NCBI GenBank assembly: GCA_050012255.1
Contig: JBEKHN010000001.1
Location: 256,001 to 320,000 of the forward strand
Length of the DNA stretch: 64,000 nucleotides
From: Candidatus Bathyarchaeia archaeon
Lineage (GTDB): Archaea; Thermoproteota; Bathyarchaeia; Bathyarchaeales; Bathycorpusculaceae
Direction: 5' to 3'
How positions within the stretch are numbered: the stretch's first letter is position 1; every line of letters begins with the position of its first letter. Position numbers and translations under genes: made by a program. The notes under the pieces are model-generated. The model saw only the letters and a program-made list of their open reading frames with translations, did no database searches and was not told the DNA's origin. Below are positions 40,161 through 50,088 of the stretch, one piece after another.

Positions 40161-40207
40161 GTGTGTTTGGGGTAAAGTTTTATCCCAAAACCCAAACCCA
40201 AACACAC
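40161..40207. repeat. Palindromic site (possible recombinase/att site)
   Basis: GTGTGTTTGGG...CCCAAACACAC arms enclose TTTGGGGTA-AAGTTT-TATCCCAAA; inverted copy at 26886-26921. Confidence 0.6.
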
Positions 40208-40331
40208 ACAAACTGAGACACAGACAGACACGTAGCATAGAAAAAAGTCAGTCTATGATTTTGCGGAAAAGCTATAGCTGAACCGCATAGTTCAAAAAGA
40301 TTTTAGGTAGGAAAGACTGTCAATTGAATGT

Positions 40332-41000
40332 ATGAGCGACAGATTTGCAGATGTTTGGGAAAGAAGAAAGAACGTCCAATTGAATGTAACGAAATATTGG
40401 GTTGACAATGATTGGACTAAGGGAAGAAATCAATATCTGACTTTTCATGTAAGGATTAGAGATGCGGGACTGATTGAGAAGATAGTTGAGATTCAGAGTT
40501 GGCTATCCACTATTTCTTGTGTTGCCCCATTCCCCAAAGATTATTTTCACATATCTGTAGCGGAGCTTGGATTCTTGGCAAAATCAGAAGAATATGAAGA
40601 CGATATTTTGGTTGAGAACTTGCAGAGAATAATCAATCAAGCGAAAGAAGTCTTACAACAATTCAGCAAATTTGATGTATTCCTTTCTAAACTCAACATT
40701 TTCCCAGATGTTGTTTTTGTGGAGGTTCATGATGGGAACAAAATTGAAGAGATACATAGAAGACTGCAGGCAATACCCGAGATAAGAAAGAGGAAATTTG
40801 ACCATCCAAGTTTTTTGCCTCACATCAGCATAATGCATTTTCAGAAGAAAGAAGATTTCACCAGACTAATCAGCTACCTAGAAAAGCTGAGGGATACAGA
40901 GTTTGGAAAAATGACTGTTAATTCCATAGAGCTAGTGAACGCTCATTTATTCAAGAAACATCCAAAACTCAAGACCATCCATACTTTTGAGTTAAAATAA
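40332..41000 (+). CDS. 2H phosphoesterase (2'-5' RNA ligase family)
   Basis: Two HxS motifs (FHISV, PHISI). Confidence 0.85.
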   Translation: MSDRFADVWERRKNVQLNVTKYWVDNDWTKGRNQYLTFHVRIRDAGLIEKIVEIQSWLSTISCVAPFPKDYFHISVAELGFLAKSEEYEDDILVENLQRIINQAKEVLQQFSKFDVFLSKLNIFPDVVFVEVHDGNKIEEIHRRLQAIPEIRKRKFDHPSFLPHISIMHFQKKEDFTRLISYLEKLRDTEFGKMTVNSIELVNAHLFKKHPKLKTIHTFELK

Positions 41001-41280
41001 CAGCTTAATTGGGGAGCCTCAAACTTGTTGGAAATATACGAAGAACTGGGTGTTGTAAAATACACAGAAAAAGCAAAGGGAACTGCTTCCGAGTAAATGG
41101 GAAAAAACTGTAGAATTATCCTCTGTCGGTCCTTTTAAACCAGTTTGACCTTTCTTTTCTCAGAAGAAAACGGTCATGTGAAGACGGACTTCGGGAGAAC
41201 TCCCACACTTCTTGTGGTTTCGTGCAAAAACTGATATACCTGAACCATATAGGGAGTGTGATCAAGAAGTGGCAGTAGAA

Positions 41281-42639
41281 ATGAGCGTCGAACAGTTTTT
41301 GGAGTCGGTGACGAATCCCCTCACTAGGAAGGAGTATCGTCATGGACTCAAGAAGTGGGTAGAATACTATGGCAAAACGGCTGAACAAACGCTGCAGGAG
41401 AGAAAAGACGACCTCACTCAGAGAGCTAACGAAAACCTGATTGACTACAAGAACAGGGCTGCAAGGTTTGAGAAGGAGATAGAGAAATTTCACGGATGGA
41501 TGCGAGAGCATGGCTCTGCAATCAACTCAGCGAGAACCCTGACTCTAGGAATAAGACAGCTTTTCTCATACTATCAGATGCCTGTCACTCTGAGGAACGG
41601 ATCCAAAGCAACCAAGACAGAGAAGACCACACGTAGCTTTCCTTTGGCAATCGAACACGACAGGAAAATGTTTGCAGTGGCAGACTTGAGAGAAAGAGTC
41701 ATCCTGAGTATGGCAACGGATCTAGGGCTAAGGATGGAAGACTTCATTTCTCTCAAGAAGGCTGATCTGCCTGACTTGTCTCAGGAAGCTCCAATCAGCT
41801 TTGACATCATGACAAGCAAAGAGAATGTTGTGGCACATGGCTTCCTGAGTGCTGAGTCTCTGGAATTGCTGAAGACCTACCTGCAAACAATGGAGCAAAA
41901 GGCAGAGAAGAAGACTCAAGAGAAGGGAGAGAAGTATGATAACCCCTTCCTTTTTGCTTCCAACGGAGAAAGCCATATCTCAGACGAAACGGTGAATCGG
42001 ATCCTGAAAGGTTTGGCAGAGAAAGCAAAGATACCTCTGAACGGCAAAGACCTGAGCTTTCATTGCTTCCGCAAAATGTTTTTGGCTGCCTCTGTTGACT
42101 CAGGAGCAGGGCTAGTGGCAGGGAAGATCATCTGTGGAAAGAGTGTCCCTCAGTCTGACGACACGTATCTAGGCACTGTGAATCTCAGGGAGAAGTTCAA
42201 GACCATAAAGAAGTTCCTGACCATCACCGAAACGACCAACAAGGAAGAGGTAAACAAGATTGAGGACTTGAAGGCTGCAGTGGTCAGGCTTCAAGAGCAG
42301 CTCTCGACACAGCAGGTCATAACACAGACAATCCAACAGCAGAACGACAAACTGAAGTCCTTGACCGTCTTGGCAGACTACCTTTCAAGTCTCGACAGCA
42401 CAGGAGAAATACAGACCTATTTCATGGACTTGGACTCTGCTAAAGGCCACATGAAAGGAGTCTACGTCGGAAAGGTGGAAGGACAGACCTCACAACTCGT
42501 TGACAAGGCCATACATATGACAGTCAAAAGGCACAAGAGAGAATATGACAAAGGCGAGACTGCTAAAGCAATTCGCTCCGTAGACTCTGCTTTAAAAGAG
42601 CATAGGAAAACTGCAAAGGCTTCCAAGGCAGAAGCCTGA
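41281..42639 (+). CDS. Tyrosine recombinase/integrase with C-terminal coiled coil
   Basis: LGLRMED (R), TSKE (K), FHCFRK (HxxR), CGKSV...DTY (Y). Confidence 0.85.
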   Translation: MSVEQFLESVTNPLTRKEYRHGLKKWVEYYGKTAEQTLQERKDDLTQRANENLIDYKNRAARFEKEIEKFHGWMREHGSAINSARTLTLGIRQLFSYYQMPVTLRNGSKATKTEKTTRSFPLAIEHDRKMFAVADLRERVILSMATDLGLRMEDFISLKKADLPDLSQEAPISFDIMTSKENVVAHGFLSAESLELLKTYLQTMEQKAEKKTQEKGEKYDNPFLFASNGESHISDETVNRILKGLAEKAKIPLNGKDLSFHCFRKMFLAASVDSGAGLVAGKIICGKSVPQSDDTYLGTVNLREKFKTIKKFLTITETTNKEEVNKIEDLKAAVVRLQEQLSTQQVITQTIQQQNDKLKSLTVLADYLSSLDSTGEIQTYFMDLDSAKGHMKGVYVGKVEGQTSQLVDKAIHMTVKRHKREYDKGETAKAIRSVDSALKEHRKTAKASKAEA

Positions 42640-42641
42640 AC

Positions 42642-42908
42642 CTATTTCCTTCTTTTTCTCTGTCGTCTGTCTATTTCCGACTGAGTGCCCAGAACCAAGT
42701 TCTTCCAACTGTTTCTGAAGATGTGGAGATTGGGTTTCTTGTCAAAAATAGCTGCTGCCACATCAATCTGTCTCTTTTGAATAGCCTCTCTCAACTTCCT
42801 TTGCTTTTCTCTCTGAAATTCACGATATTGCCGTTTGTATTCAGTCCCAAACCTTTTGTGATACTCTTTCAGGTATGCCTTCTGCTTTTCTTTATCTTTG
42901 AATGGCAT
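42642..42908 (-). CDS. Small basic hypothetical protein
   Basis: MPFKDKEKQKAYLKEY..., an N-terminus type seen in viral/plasmid proteins. Confidence 0.6.
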   Translation of the reverse strand: MPFKDKEKQKAYLKEYHKRFGTEYKRQYREFQREKQRKLREAIQKRQIDVAAAIFDKKPNLHIFRNSWKNLVLGTQSEIDRRQRKRRK

Positions 42909-43031
42909 GATCGATCACAATCGCATTCTTATTGAACAAGTATTTTACTCACTTAGTTTATCTGTCCAAAACCGTTATATATCTCTTATGCTTAAAGGTT
43001 TTTCTGTCTAAAACTTAAGGAGAAGGGTGTA

Positions 43032-43826
43032 GTGGCTGACAAACCTGAGCTGAAGGGTTATCAGGGATTTCAGGATACTCTCAAGGCCAAAGCCTATGAG
43101 TGGCTCAGGCAGCATCTCCACGAAAAACCCAGGGGAAAGATCGTCAAATTAGCATCATTTCTTGGCATAGACTACAAGGCAAACAAGCAATATCTTTGGC
43201 AGATCAGCAGTGACTTCAAAACTGATGTCAGAAATAGGCAAGGGCTAAAACCCCCAAATTGGCATAATTGGCTTGGCAGGATTAAGGCATTTGAGGGTTT
43301 GAGTAGAGAGGAAGCTGTTAAGAAGGATTGGGTTCAGACCAAAGCCAAGAATCATTATTTGTTGTTTGTCGATCCTAGAGGGCTTGGTAGGCTTGAGTGG
43401 CATATTGATGGCACTGTCAAGGTTTGGGTGAAGAAGCCTGTTTCCGATGCGAAGAAGCTGCAGCTTTTGGCTGATGCCTTCTTCAATACTTATCTGATCA
43501 CTGACATCAAGGTTTTCACTGAATGGGCTAAGACTCTGAGGCAGAAAGGTGAAGATTGTGCTGTCCATGTGGGCTTTGATGTGTCTTACTTCAAGATTGA
43601 CTTGTTCCAAGAGTCCAATGGCATCACGATTGTTGGTGGTGACAAGTCTCACAGAGATTGCATAGAGGCTAGGCTCCGAGTGCCTGAGTGGGCAGAGGAA
43701 TACAGAGAGAAAGCAGACTTCATCATTCAGGGCTACAAGACGATGATTGAGCAAATCAGCAAGCCCTTGCAGGACTTGTCAGCTCCCAAGCCTAAACTTG
43801 CACAGGACAGGGAGATGGTTGTTTGA
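43032..43826 (+). CDS. Hypothetical protein of an integrated element
   Basis: 264-aa ORF, first gene of an operon between two integrases; no family recognised. Confidence 0.7.
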   Translation: MADKPELKGYQGFQDTLKAKAYEWLRQHLHEKPRGKIVKLASFLGIDYKANKQYLWQISSDFKTDVRNRQGLKPPNWHNWLGRIKAFEGLSREEAVKKDWVQTKAKNHYLLFVDPRGLGRLEWHIDGTVKVWVKKPVSDAKKLQLLADAFFNTYLITDIKVFTEWAKTLRQKGEDCAVHVGFDVSYFKIDLFQESNGITIVGGDKSHRDCIEARLRVPEWAEEYREKADFIIQGYKTMIEQISKPLQDLSAPKPKLAQDREMVV

Positions 43827-43880
43827 TGGAGCAGACGACTGAGAGAAAGCGAGAGCCTGCTCAGGTGTCAAGCATTGAAG

Positions 43881-44012
43881 ATGGCTGATGTGATGCGAGA
43901 CGGAGAGAAGGAACTTGCTGAGTTGTTAGTTCCACAACCTGATAGGCTTCAGAAAGTAGATGAGGTTCTTAGGTGGATTGAGGAACAGGAGAAGAAGGAG
44001 AAGAGAAAGTGA
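43881..44012 (+). CDS. Small hypothetical protein (43 aa)
   Basis: MADVMRDGEKELAELLVPQPDRLQKVDEVLRWIEEQEKKEKRK; stop overlaps the next start. Confidence 0.4.
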   Translation: MADVMRDGEKELAELLVPQPDRLQKVDEVLRWIEEQEKKEKRK

Positions 44013-44227
44013 CAGGGCTTCTTGACCCTTTTCGGAATTGGAGAAACAAAAGGAAATGGCATGAGTATGTTGATGAGGAAAGTCTCAGGATGCTTTTTGA
44101 ATATCAGTGCCTTATTATTCAACGGAAGATCCTGATGCCCGACCTACAGAAAGCCAGCATGTGTCTGAATGGACATTCTAGGATGATTTTGTATGTTCCT
44201 TGGAAGCATGGAAAGGATATGCTATGA
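44009..44227 (+). CDS. Small hypothetical protein
   Basis: 72-aa ORF with GTGA/ATGA overlaps on both sides. Confidence 0.55.
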   Translation: MTGLLDPFRNWRNKRKWHEYVDEESLRMLFEYQCLIIQRKILMPDLQKASMCLNGHSRMILYVPWKHGKDML

Positions 44228-44499
44228 CCATCAAGAGGCATGCCCACTTTTCTGAGAAATTCTCAATCAGCAATTGGGAGAAGGTAGGCAACCTGAAGGT
44301 TATGACGCTTCTATCTGTGTCATCAAGAGGCAACAGTCTGTGCATCATTGTTCCCAAAGACCTTGTGGACATTAACGGCATCATTTCAGGTGACAGGATC
44401 AGGGTTTGGTTCCTAGACCACTACCGTAAGAAGAGGGAAGACTCTTCTGAACCTAGCAGGACAGACGACAAAACAGGGTTCACTGAGGAAAGAGAGTGA
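44224..44499 (+). CDS. AbrB-like DNA-binding protein
   Basis: SSRGNSLCIIVPKDLV...GI..GDRI. Confidence 0.7.
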   Translation: MTIKRHAHFSEKFSISNWEKVGNLKVMTLLSVSSRGNSLCIIVPKDLVDINGIISGDRIRVWFLDHYRKKREDSSEPSRTDDKTGFTEERE

Positions 44500-44675
44500 A
44501 GAGAAGTTACAGACTGCCTAGAGGAGATCTCTCAGAGGAACAGAGCTCATGAGCTGAGTCAAGAAGAGCGTCTTAGGCAGGTTGAGCAAGTGCTGAAGAA
44601 AATAGAAAGTCTGAGAGTTTTTGAAAGGGCAGAACCTAGCTGCTGCCATCATACTTTTTGACTTGCAGGAGTCAT

Positions 44676-45542
44676 TCACAACACATCTGCCAACGGTTGC
44701 AGGAGTGCGTCGGCGTAGTCTCTCCATGAAAGATGCGAGTAAACATCAATGTTGGAGCTGACCTTTTGACCGCGTGATTGCTCTTCATTCTTTATGCTCC
44801 ATCCTGTGAACGCACATACTTGAATGGGCTGAAACCGATAGTTCATTCTCAAGTGATCACATCTCCAATGCCTCAAAACGTGCGGATGAACCTTCTTGAT
44901 TTTCGGGTCAAGCTGCATGATGTCTGACAGGTTCTTGCGAACTACGATTTGGAAGTTTTCTTCACACATATCGAAGCTGAGCTTTGCCTTGCCGTTCTGC
45001 AGTTTGTTTTCGTTCCGCATCTTCTGCACCCATTTCGCAATATCGTAACTCCAAGGCTCTATTCTCGGATCCATAGGAATGCCCACGTCTTTTGTTGGCA
45101 CTCCAGTGTAGGTAATGGTCTGTGGAGCAGGGGAAGGGCTTGTCTGGGTCGTCTCACCTGCTTGAGCTACCTGACTGACAGGAGTTGGCTCTTCTTTCTC
45201 AATCCTCATTTTGGCAATGGCAGTTGTCACTATGAGAAGTTTCGTATCCTCTACCTTGCTGCCATCTGGGAATTCAATGTGTTTCTTCCAAGTCGCAAGC
45301 TCGTGTCGCATCATTGTTCCGTAGGGCTTGGAAAGTCCATGCTTGAGTTGATAGGGAGTTGTGCGAGTTAAGATTTCACAGGCTCTTGCTCCGAGAAGAT
45401 AGGCAAGTTTGCAGAGAACCTCGTCTCTCTGGGAAGTCCAATGGTGGTTGTCCATGTATTCTCTGAACAATCTGAAGTCAGGAGTATGGACTCTTTCTTT
45501 CTCTTTGAACACGACCTGTTGAATCGCACCCAAGTTTTCCAT
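44676..45542 (-). CDS. Tyrosine recombinase (catalytic domain only)
   Basis: LGARACE (R), HPHVLRHWR (HxxR), FTGW, DVYSH (Y). Confidence 0.8.
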   Translation of the reverse strand: MENLGAIQQVVFKEKERVHTPDFRLFREYMDNHHWTSQRDEVLCKLAYLLGARACEILTRTTPYQLKHGLSKPYGTMMRHELATWKKHIEFPDGSKVEDTKLLIVTTAIAKMRIEKEEPTPVSQVAQAGETTQTSPSPAPQTITYTGVPTKDVGIPMDPRIEPWSYDIAKWVQKMRNENKLQNGKAKLSFDMCEENFQIVVRKNLSDIMQLDPKIKKVHPHVLRHWRCDHLRMNYRFQPIQVCAFTGWSIKNEEQSRGQKVSSNIDVYSHLSWRDYADALLQPLADVL

Positions 45543-45816
45543 GTTGAGTCGCCTACGCTCTATCTATTAGCCATTGGAGTGAAAAAGCTTTTTGCGATTT
45601 CCTACAAAGATCGCAAAGTCTATGGACAATAAAAGAGAGTCGCAAGAAAAGCTCCTCAGTTCTAGTTCGCTCTGAAAATTATGAACTAATAATCAATGCT
45701 TAGGAAATAGAAGGAATCTTCGAGCATTGGTTCAGTTCTCTGAAGAGTTCAGGCAGAGAGGCGAGTGCTAAGATAGTGTTGTGATTTTCATTCTTGGCCT
45801 GCAGTGTGTGAGGCAG

Positions 45817-45995
45817 TTAGCGTTGAGCTGTCAGTGAAAAGTAAGAACTTGTGGAGACGACACCGCAGATCTCAAAGAAGTCAGAAATCTTGTCGGCTGT
45901 CTGTGCAAAGTCATACTCGCTTGTTGCTAAGAGTCCTGAGTCATCTTGATACGAGACTGTGAATACAATGCTTCTGATGGCAGTGTCAGGCAACA
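45817..45995 (-). pseudogene. 3' fragment of an unknown gene, cut at the (GC)n junction
   Basis: VLPDTAIRSIVFTVSY...SLTAQR* reads open from the junction at 45996. Confidence 0.4.
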
Positions 45996-46004
45996 CGCGC
46001 GCGC

Positions 46005-46459
46005 TAGGCCAAGGATACTCCGGTAACATAACTGTAACAGCTGAAAACCTAGGCGGCTACACTGAAACCTTCAACATCACAGCATACGCCAACACAACCA
46101 TCATAGCATCAGAAAGCGTTACCTTACCAGCCGGCAACTCTACGACAGTCACGTTCGTTTGGAACAGTACTGGCTTTGCTTACGGCAATTACACCATAAG
46201 CGCTTATGCTCTGCCTGTACTAGGCGAGACAAACACGGCGAACAACAATTTCACAGGCGGCGTGGTGACAGTTACTTTTCCAGGCGACGTCAACGGCGAC
46301 GGCACTGTTGACATCTATGACGCCATACTGCTATCTGGCGCCTTCGGTTCCAGTCCAGGCAGTCCAAAGTGGAACCCCAACGCAGACCTAAACAACGACG
46401 GCATCGTAGACATCTACGACGCAATCATACTCGCAGGCAACTATGCAAGAACAGCCTAG
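46005..46459 (+). pseudogene. 3' fragment of a surface protein (CARDB-like Ig domain plus dockerin)
   Basis: GQGYS.NITVT.EN.G...ETFN, GDVNGDGTVDIYD and ADLNNDGIVDIYD; no signal peptide; begins at the (GC)n junction. Confidence 0.8.
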
Positions 46460-46621
46460 TGTTTGCCCTTGACTTGTTCTATTCATTTATTTAGTAGCGC
46501 ACGCGGGCCAAAGTGGATTTCTTCAAAATTTAGGTATTTCACTAGTTTATGACGTTACAGAGGGGAAGTTGGCCTGGACAACAAGCGCGAGGAGCTAGGA
46601 CGCCGTTTAAGCCGGTTCTAT

Positions 46622-47154
46622 TTGCGTGACTGCGAGAGAAGTCGCAGTGTACTCCAGCCATCGATCTTGATTTTTATAATTGCATTTGCAGTTGTGGTCC
46701 TGCCTTCACATTCTATTGCAGAAGTGGACTGGTGGTCGACGTTTCATCATGATCCGTTACATACTGGCTATTCGACTTCGGCAGTTCCATCTACGAATAG
46801 AACCATTTGGAACTTCACGACTGGCAGCGTGCTGGAATCTTGTCCCGCAATCGTCGGCGACGAACTGTTTTTCGGTTCTGGCGACGGCAACTTCTACGCA
46901 TTAAACGCTTCAACCGATACTCAGATATGGAACTATGCGACAGGAGGCGTATTGTTTCCTCCCCAGCATTCTTCAATGATATGGTCTTCTTCGGTTCAGG
47001 AGATGCGAACGTCTATGCTTTAGACTGTTCAAGTGGAAGTCTTCTGTGGAACTATAGAACCGCACGCAGAGTTATCTCATCTCCAACGTTTTCCGACGGT
47101 GTTGTCTACGTCGGCTCCTATGACCATAATGTCTATGCTCTGAACGCTTCACGG
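46622..47154 (+). pseudogene. PQQ-like beta-propeller surface protein, frameshifted and truncated
   Basis: Signal peptide, WSTFHHD..HTG, GS.D.N.YAL repeats; frameshift near 46949; ends at GCGCGCGC 47155. Confidence 0.8.
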
Positions 47155-47291
47155 GCGCGCGCATCTTTGAATATGGACCGTCGCTATTCGATGCATGAAT
47201 CTTAAATTCTCACTAGTCGCCCGTTTCCGACTATGCACCAGTTTAATGCATTAAACGCGGTGCGCGATAGTGTTTCGCGCGCGAGTGCAAT

Positions 47292-48557
47292 CTACAACGT
47301 AGTTGTGTGAACTCCATTGGAATGATCACGGGATTGATTCAGTGCTTCTTGTGTTAGGACTTCTTCGGGGTCCAGTTCCCATATGCGGATGATTCTTATT
47401 AGGTCGACTATTTTGCTGGCTTTGGTCCTTGGTTGTATGCTGAGGCCAGATGCTACGTAGATTCCTCGCAGGAAATCGACCCCTTTCATCTTGACGTCGT
47501 GGTAGACGCTCAAGGTGTGACCCATCATGTACTCGACGTAGTCGCGTTCTGTGCCCGTTGAGATCATTTGAGTTAGGAAGAATTTTCGGAGGCTGTGAGC
47601 CGTTAGATCGTATCTTTTGATTTTTGGGGTCCTAGTCAATACACCGGCTCTGACGTAGAGCGTGTTGACTATATCCTGAATTGTCGCCGCGTCTAAAGGT
47701 TTGATCCCACGATAACTGCTGATCAAAGGCGATTCGTCATCGAGACGCTCTCGTGGTCCTATTTTCCCGTTTTTCCGGGCGTCTAGGTAGGCTTTTAGGT
47801 ATTCTGAAGCCTCGCTGTTTAGAAAAGTGTCGTAACCATGGTGTTTACCCTTTGTTATTTCTGGTTCAACGTGAACGTGGATGGGAATTGTTCCTTTTTC
47901 TAGGTCTTGTTTAACGTGGCGATATTTGAGTTGAACTAGGGTTCCGTTTCGAAATCCGCCGACCGCCATCAGAGCGATTATGACCTTACCGCGGATGTCT
48001 GCTACCTTCAAGGTCTTCTGGAGTTCATCAGGTGTGGGTGCACGTTCCTCGTAAATGCTCCATTTGGATCTCCGACAGGGTTTATTGAATCTTACTCCGT
48101 TAAGTTGGAAGAAGAACTGTATCCCTTTTGCCATGTTGTAGACCGTGGCTGGGGCCATGCCTTTCTCTTCTTGCAGATTGTCGGCGAAGTCTGCGAGGAG
48201 ACGCTCCATTTGAATGACGACCTTAGGTATTGGAACTTGATCCTTTCCTTTGCAGTCGTTCAGAAGCTCATCGGGACTTTTTTGTAGCCATCTGCTGAAG
48301 CGATATATGTCATATATCTGATTGCGAAGCGTGTGCAGACTGCCTGTTCGGTGACGTAACAGATGTTTCGCGACCTCTATGGTTGTGGAGTTTTCGAAGG
48401 TGAATGGCGCCAACTTAGGATGCCATCTAATGAAGGTGTTTATAACATATTGGCGAAGTTTTCTGTCGGCTACACTTTCTGTTTCAGGGATCTCGAGGGT
48501 GAAAGGCTGTTTAAGTCTGCGTCCACTGGGGCCCCTGGTTATGGTAAGGGATTTCAT
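47292..48557 (-). CDS. Tyrosine recombinase (tandem pair, gene 2)
   Basis: GGFRNGT, TKGK, AHSLRKFF, YMMGH..SVYH motifs. Confidence 0.9.
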   Translation of the reverse strand: MKSLTITRGPSGRRLKQPFTLEIPETESVADRKLRQYVINTFIRWHPKLAPFTFENSTTIEVAKHLLRHRTGSLHTLRNQIYDIYRFSRWLQKSPDELLNDCKGKDQVPIPKVVIQMERLLADFADNLQEEKGMAPATVYNMAKGIQFFFQLNGVRFNKPCRRSKWSIYEERAPTPDELQKTLKVADIRGKVIIALMAVGGFRNGTLVQLKYRHVKQDLEKGTIPIHVHVEPEITKGKHHGYDTFLNSEASEYLKAYLDARKNGKIGPRERLDDESPLISSYRGIKPLDAATIQDIVNTLYVRAGVLTRTPKIKRYDLTAHSLRKFFLTQMISTGTERDYVEYMMGHTLSVYHDVKMKGVDFLRGIYVASGLSIQPRTKASKIVDLIRIIRIWELDPEEVLTQEALNQSRDHSNGVHTTTL

Positions 48558-49909
48558 TCATACGCACCCGTTGACTCTGGCAGAGAACCACTCCGCTGAT
48601 AATTTTGCGAAGCCTTTGATGAGATTAGAGTATCTCTATTATCGGCTTGCTCCTGCTTTGTAGTCGGAGTGATTTGCGTCAGGGCTTCACGGGTGAGGAT
48701 TTTCTGCGGGTTTAGCCCCCACGTTTGAAGTATTTCTTTCAAGGCATCGATTTTGTTCATTTTGATTCTCGGTCTTATGCGTATTCCGGATGTCGTGTAC
48801 ACGCCGCGTAGATATTCGACACCCTTCATCCTAACATCATGGTATCGATCTTTCACTGCGCGGCCCATCATGAAATCAATGCAGTCTGGATCAACTTCAA
48901 GCGAGGCCATTTGGGTTCGGAAAAACCTCCTGAAGCTGTGGGTTCTCAATTCATATCTTCTGCGCAAAGAATTCTTTTCTAGTAAGCCGGTTCTAACATA
49001 GAGATTGTGAATCATCTGGTGAACCGTCGTAACAGCCACCGTTTTAACTTGTTTGCAGCGGCACGTCCTGATCAAAGGTGATTCATCCCGTATTTGCTCT
49101 GGCGGAATTTTCTTTGTGCCTATTTTGCGAGCTTTAAAGTAGGCTCTAAGGCACTCTGATGCTTCATCGTTCAAGAAAGTGTCGTAACTGCGCCGTTTGC
49201 CCTTTATCAGTTCCGACTCGACGTGAATGTGAATTGGGATGATGTCTCGTTCAAGGTCATCCTTCACGTGTCGATACTGAAGTCTTAGAAGGGTGCCTAC
49301 GCGGAGGCCGCTGACTGCCAACGTTGTGATTATGACTCTTTCACGAAGGTCTGCCAAATCTAGAATCTTTATGAGCTCCTCGCGTGAAGGGGCTCGCTCA
49401 TTGTACAAATTCCAAACGCTCAACCCGTAGGGTAATCTAAGTCCTACGCCATTGATACGGAAGACGCTTGTGATGTTTTTCAAGCGACTCCTTATAGTGG
49501 TCGGCGATAGGTTCTTTGCTTGCAGTTGGTCAATGTATTCGTCAAGTGCGCTTGTCATCCTAGCTATTCCTTTTGGGTTGGCATCTCCATTCGACTTTCG
49601 GCACCTGCTCATAAGCTGGTCAGGCTCGGCCTTAATCCATCTGCAGAAACAATTGAAGTCGTCAACGTATTCGTAAAGAGTGAACTGGCTCCCTGTTCTG
49701 TTGAATAGCAGATGTCTCGCAACCTCCATTGTGGAGAAGTTCTTGAGAGTAAAAGGTATTAGAGGGGACCTTCTGCTCAACGATTCCCAAATGTACCGTA
49801 AGAGTTTCTTTTCTGCCCCATTCTGTCTTTCTGGGACTCTTAGCGTCAACGGTTTCTTGAACCTCCCGCCACGAACCCCTCTTTCTATGACTAAGGTTTT
49901 GTATTTCAT
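48554..49909 (-). CDS. Tyrosine recombinase (tandem pair, gene 1)
   Basis: SGLRVGT, IKGK, THSFRRFF, FMMGR...RYH motifs; ATGA overlap with gene 2. Confidence 0.9.
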   Translation of the reverse strand: MKYKTLVIERGVRGGRFKKPLTLRVPERQNGAEKKLLRYIWESLSRRSPLIPFTLKNFSTMEVARHLLFNRTGSQFTLYEYVDDFNCFCRWIKAEPDQLMSRCRKSNGDANPKGIARMTSALDEYIDQLQAKNLSPTTIRSRLKNITSVFRINGVGLRLPYGLSVWNLYNERAPSREELIKILDLADLRERVIITTLAVSGLRVGTLLRLQYRHVKDDLERDIIPIHIHVESELIKGKRRSYDTFLNDEASECLRAYFKARKIGTKKIPPEQIRDESPLIRTCRCKQVKTVAVTTVHQMIHNLYVRTGLLEKNSLRRRYELRTHSFRRFFRTQMASLEVDPDCIDFMMGRAVKDRYHDVRMKGVEYLRGVYTTSGIRIRPRIKMNKIDALKEILQTWGLNPQKILTREALTQITPTTKQEQADNRDTLISSKASQNYQRSGSLPESTGAYE

Positions 49910-50088
49910 TTCCACAATTCTCCGATTCTCAGAATCTTCGGACTTCAGATTTAAAAAACCATGGTTGGCGCCGAACATTAACATAACTCGAAAACAGCTA
50001 TTTCCTCCGACTTCCGAACACAAATTCAAATGCGCGCGCTAAGTTTGTTTAGAGGCTCCCCCTGAGTACGCGCGCGCTAAGAATTTTG

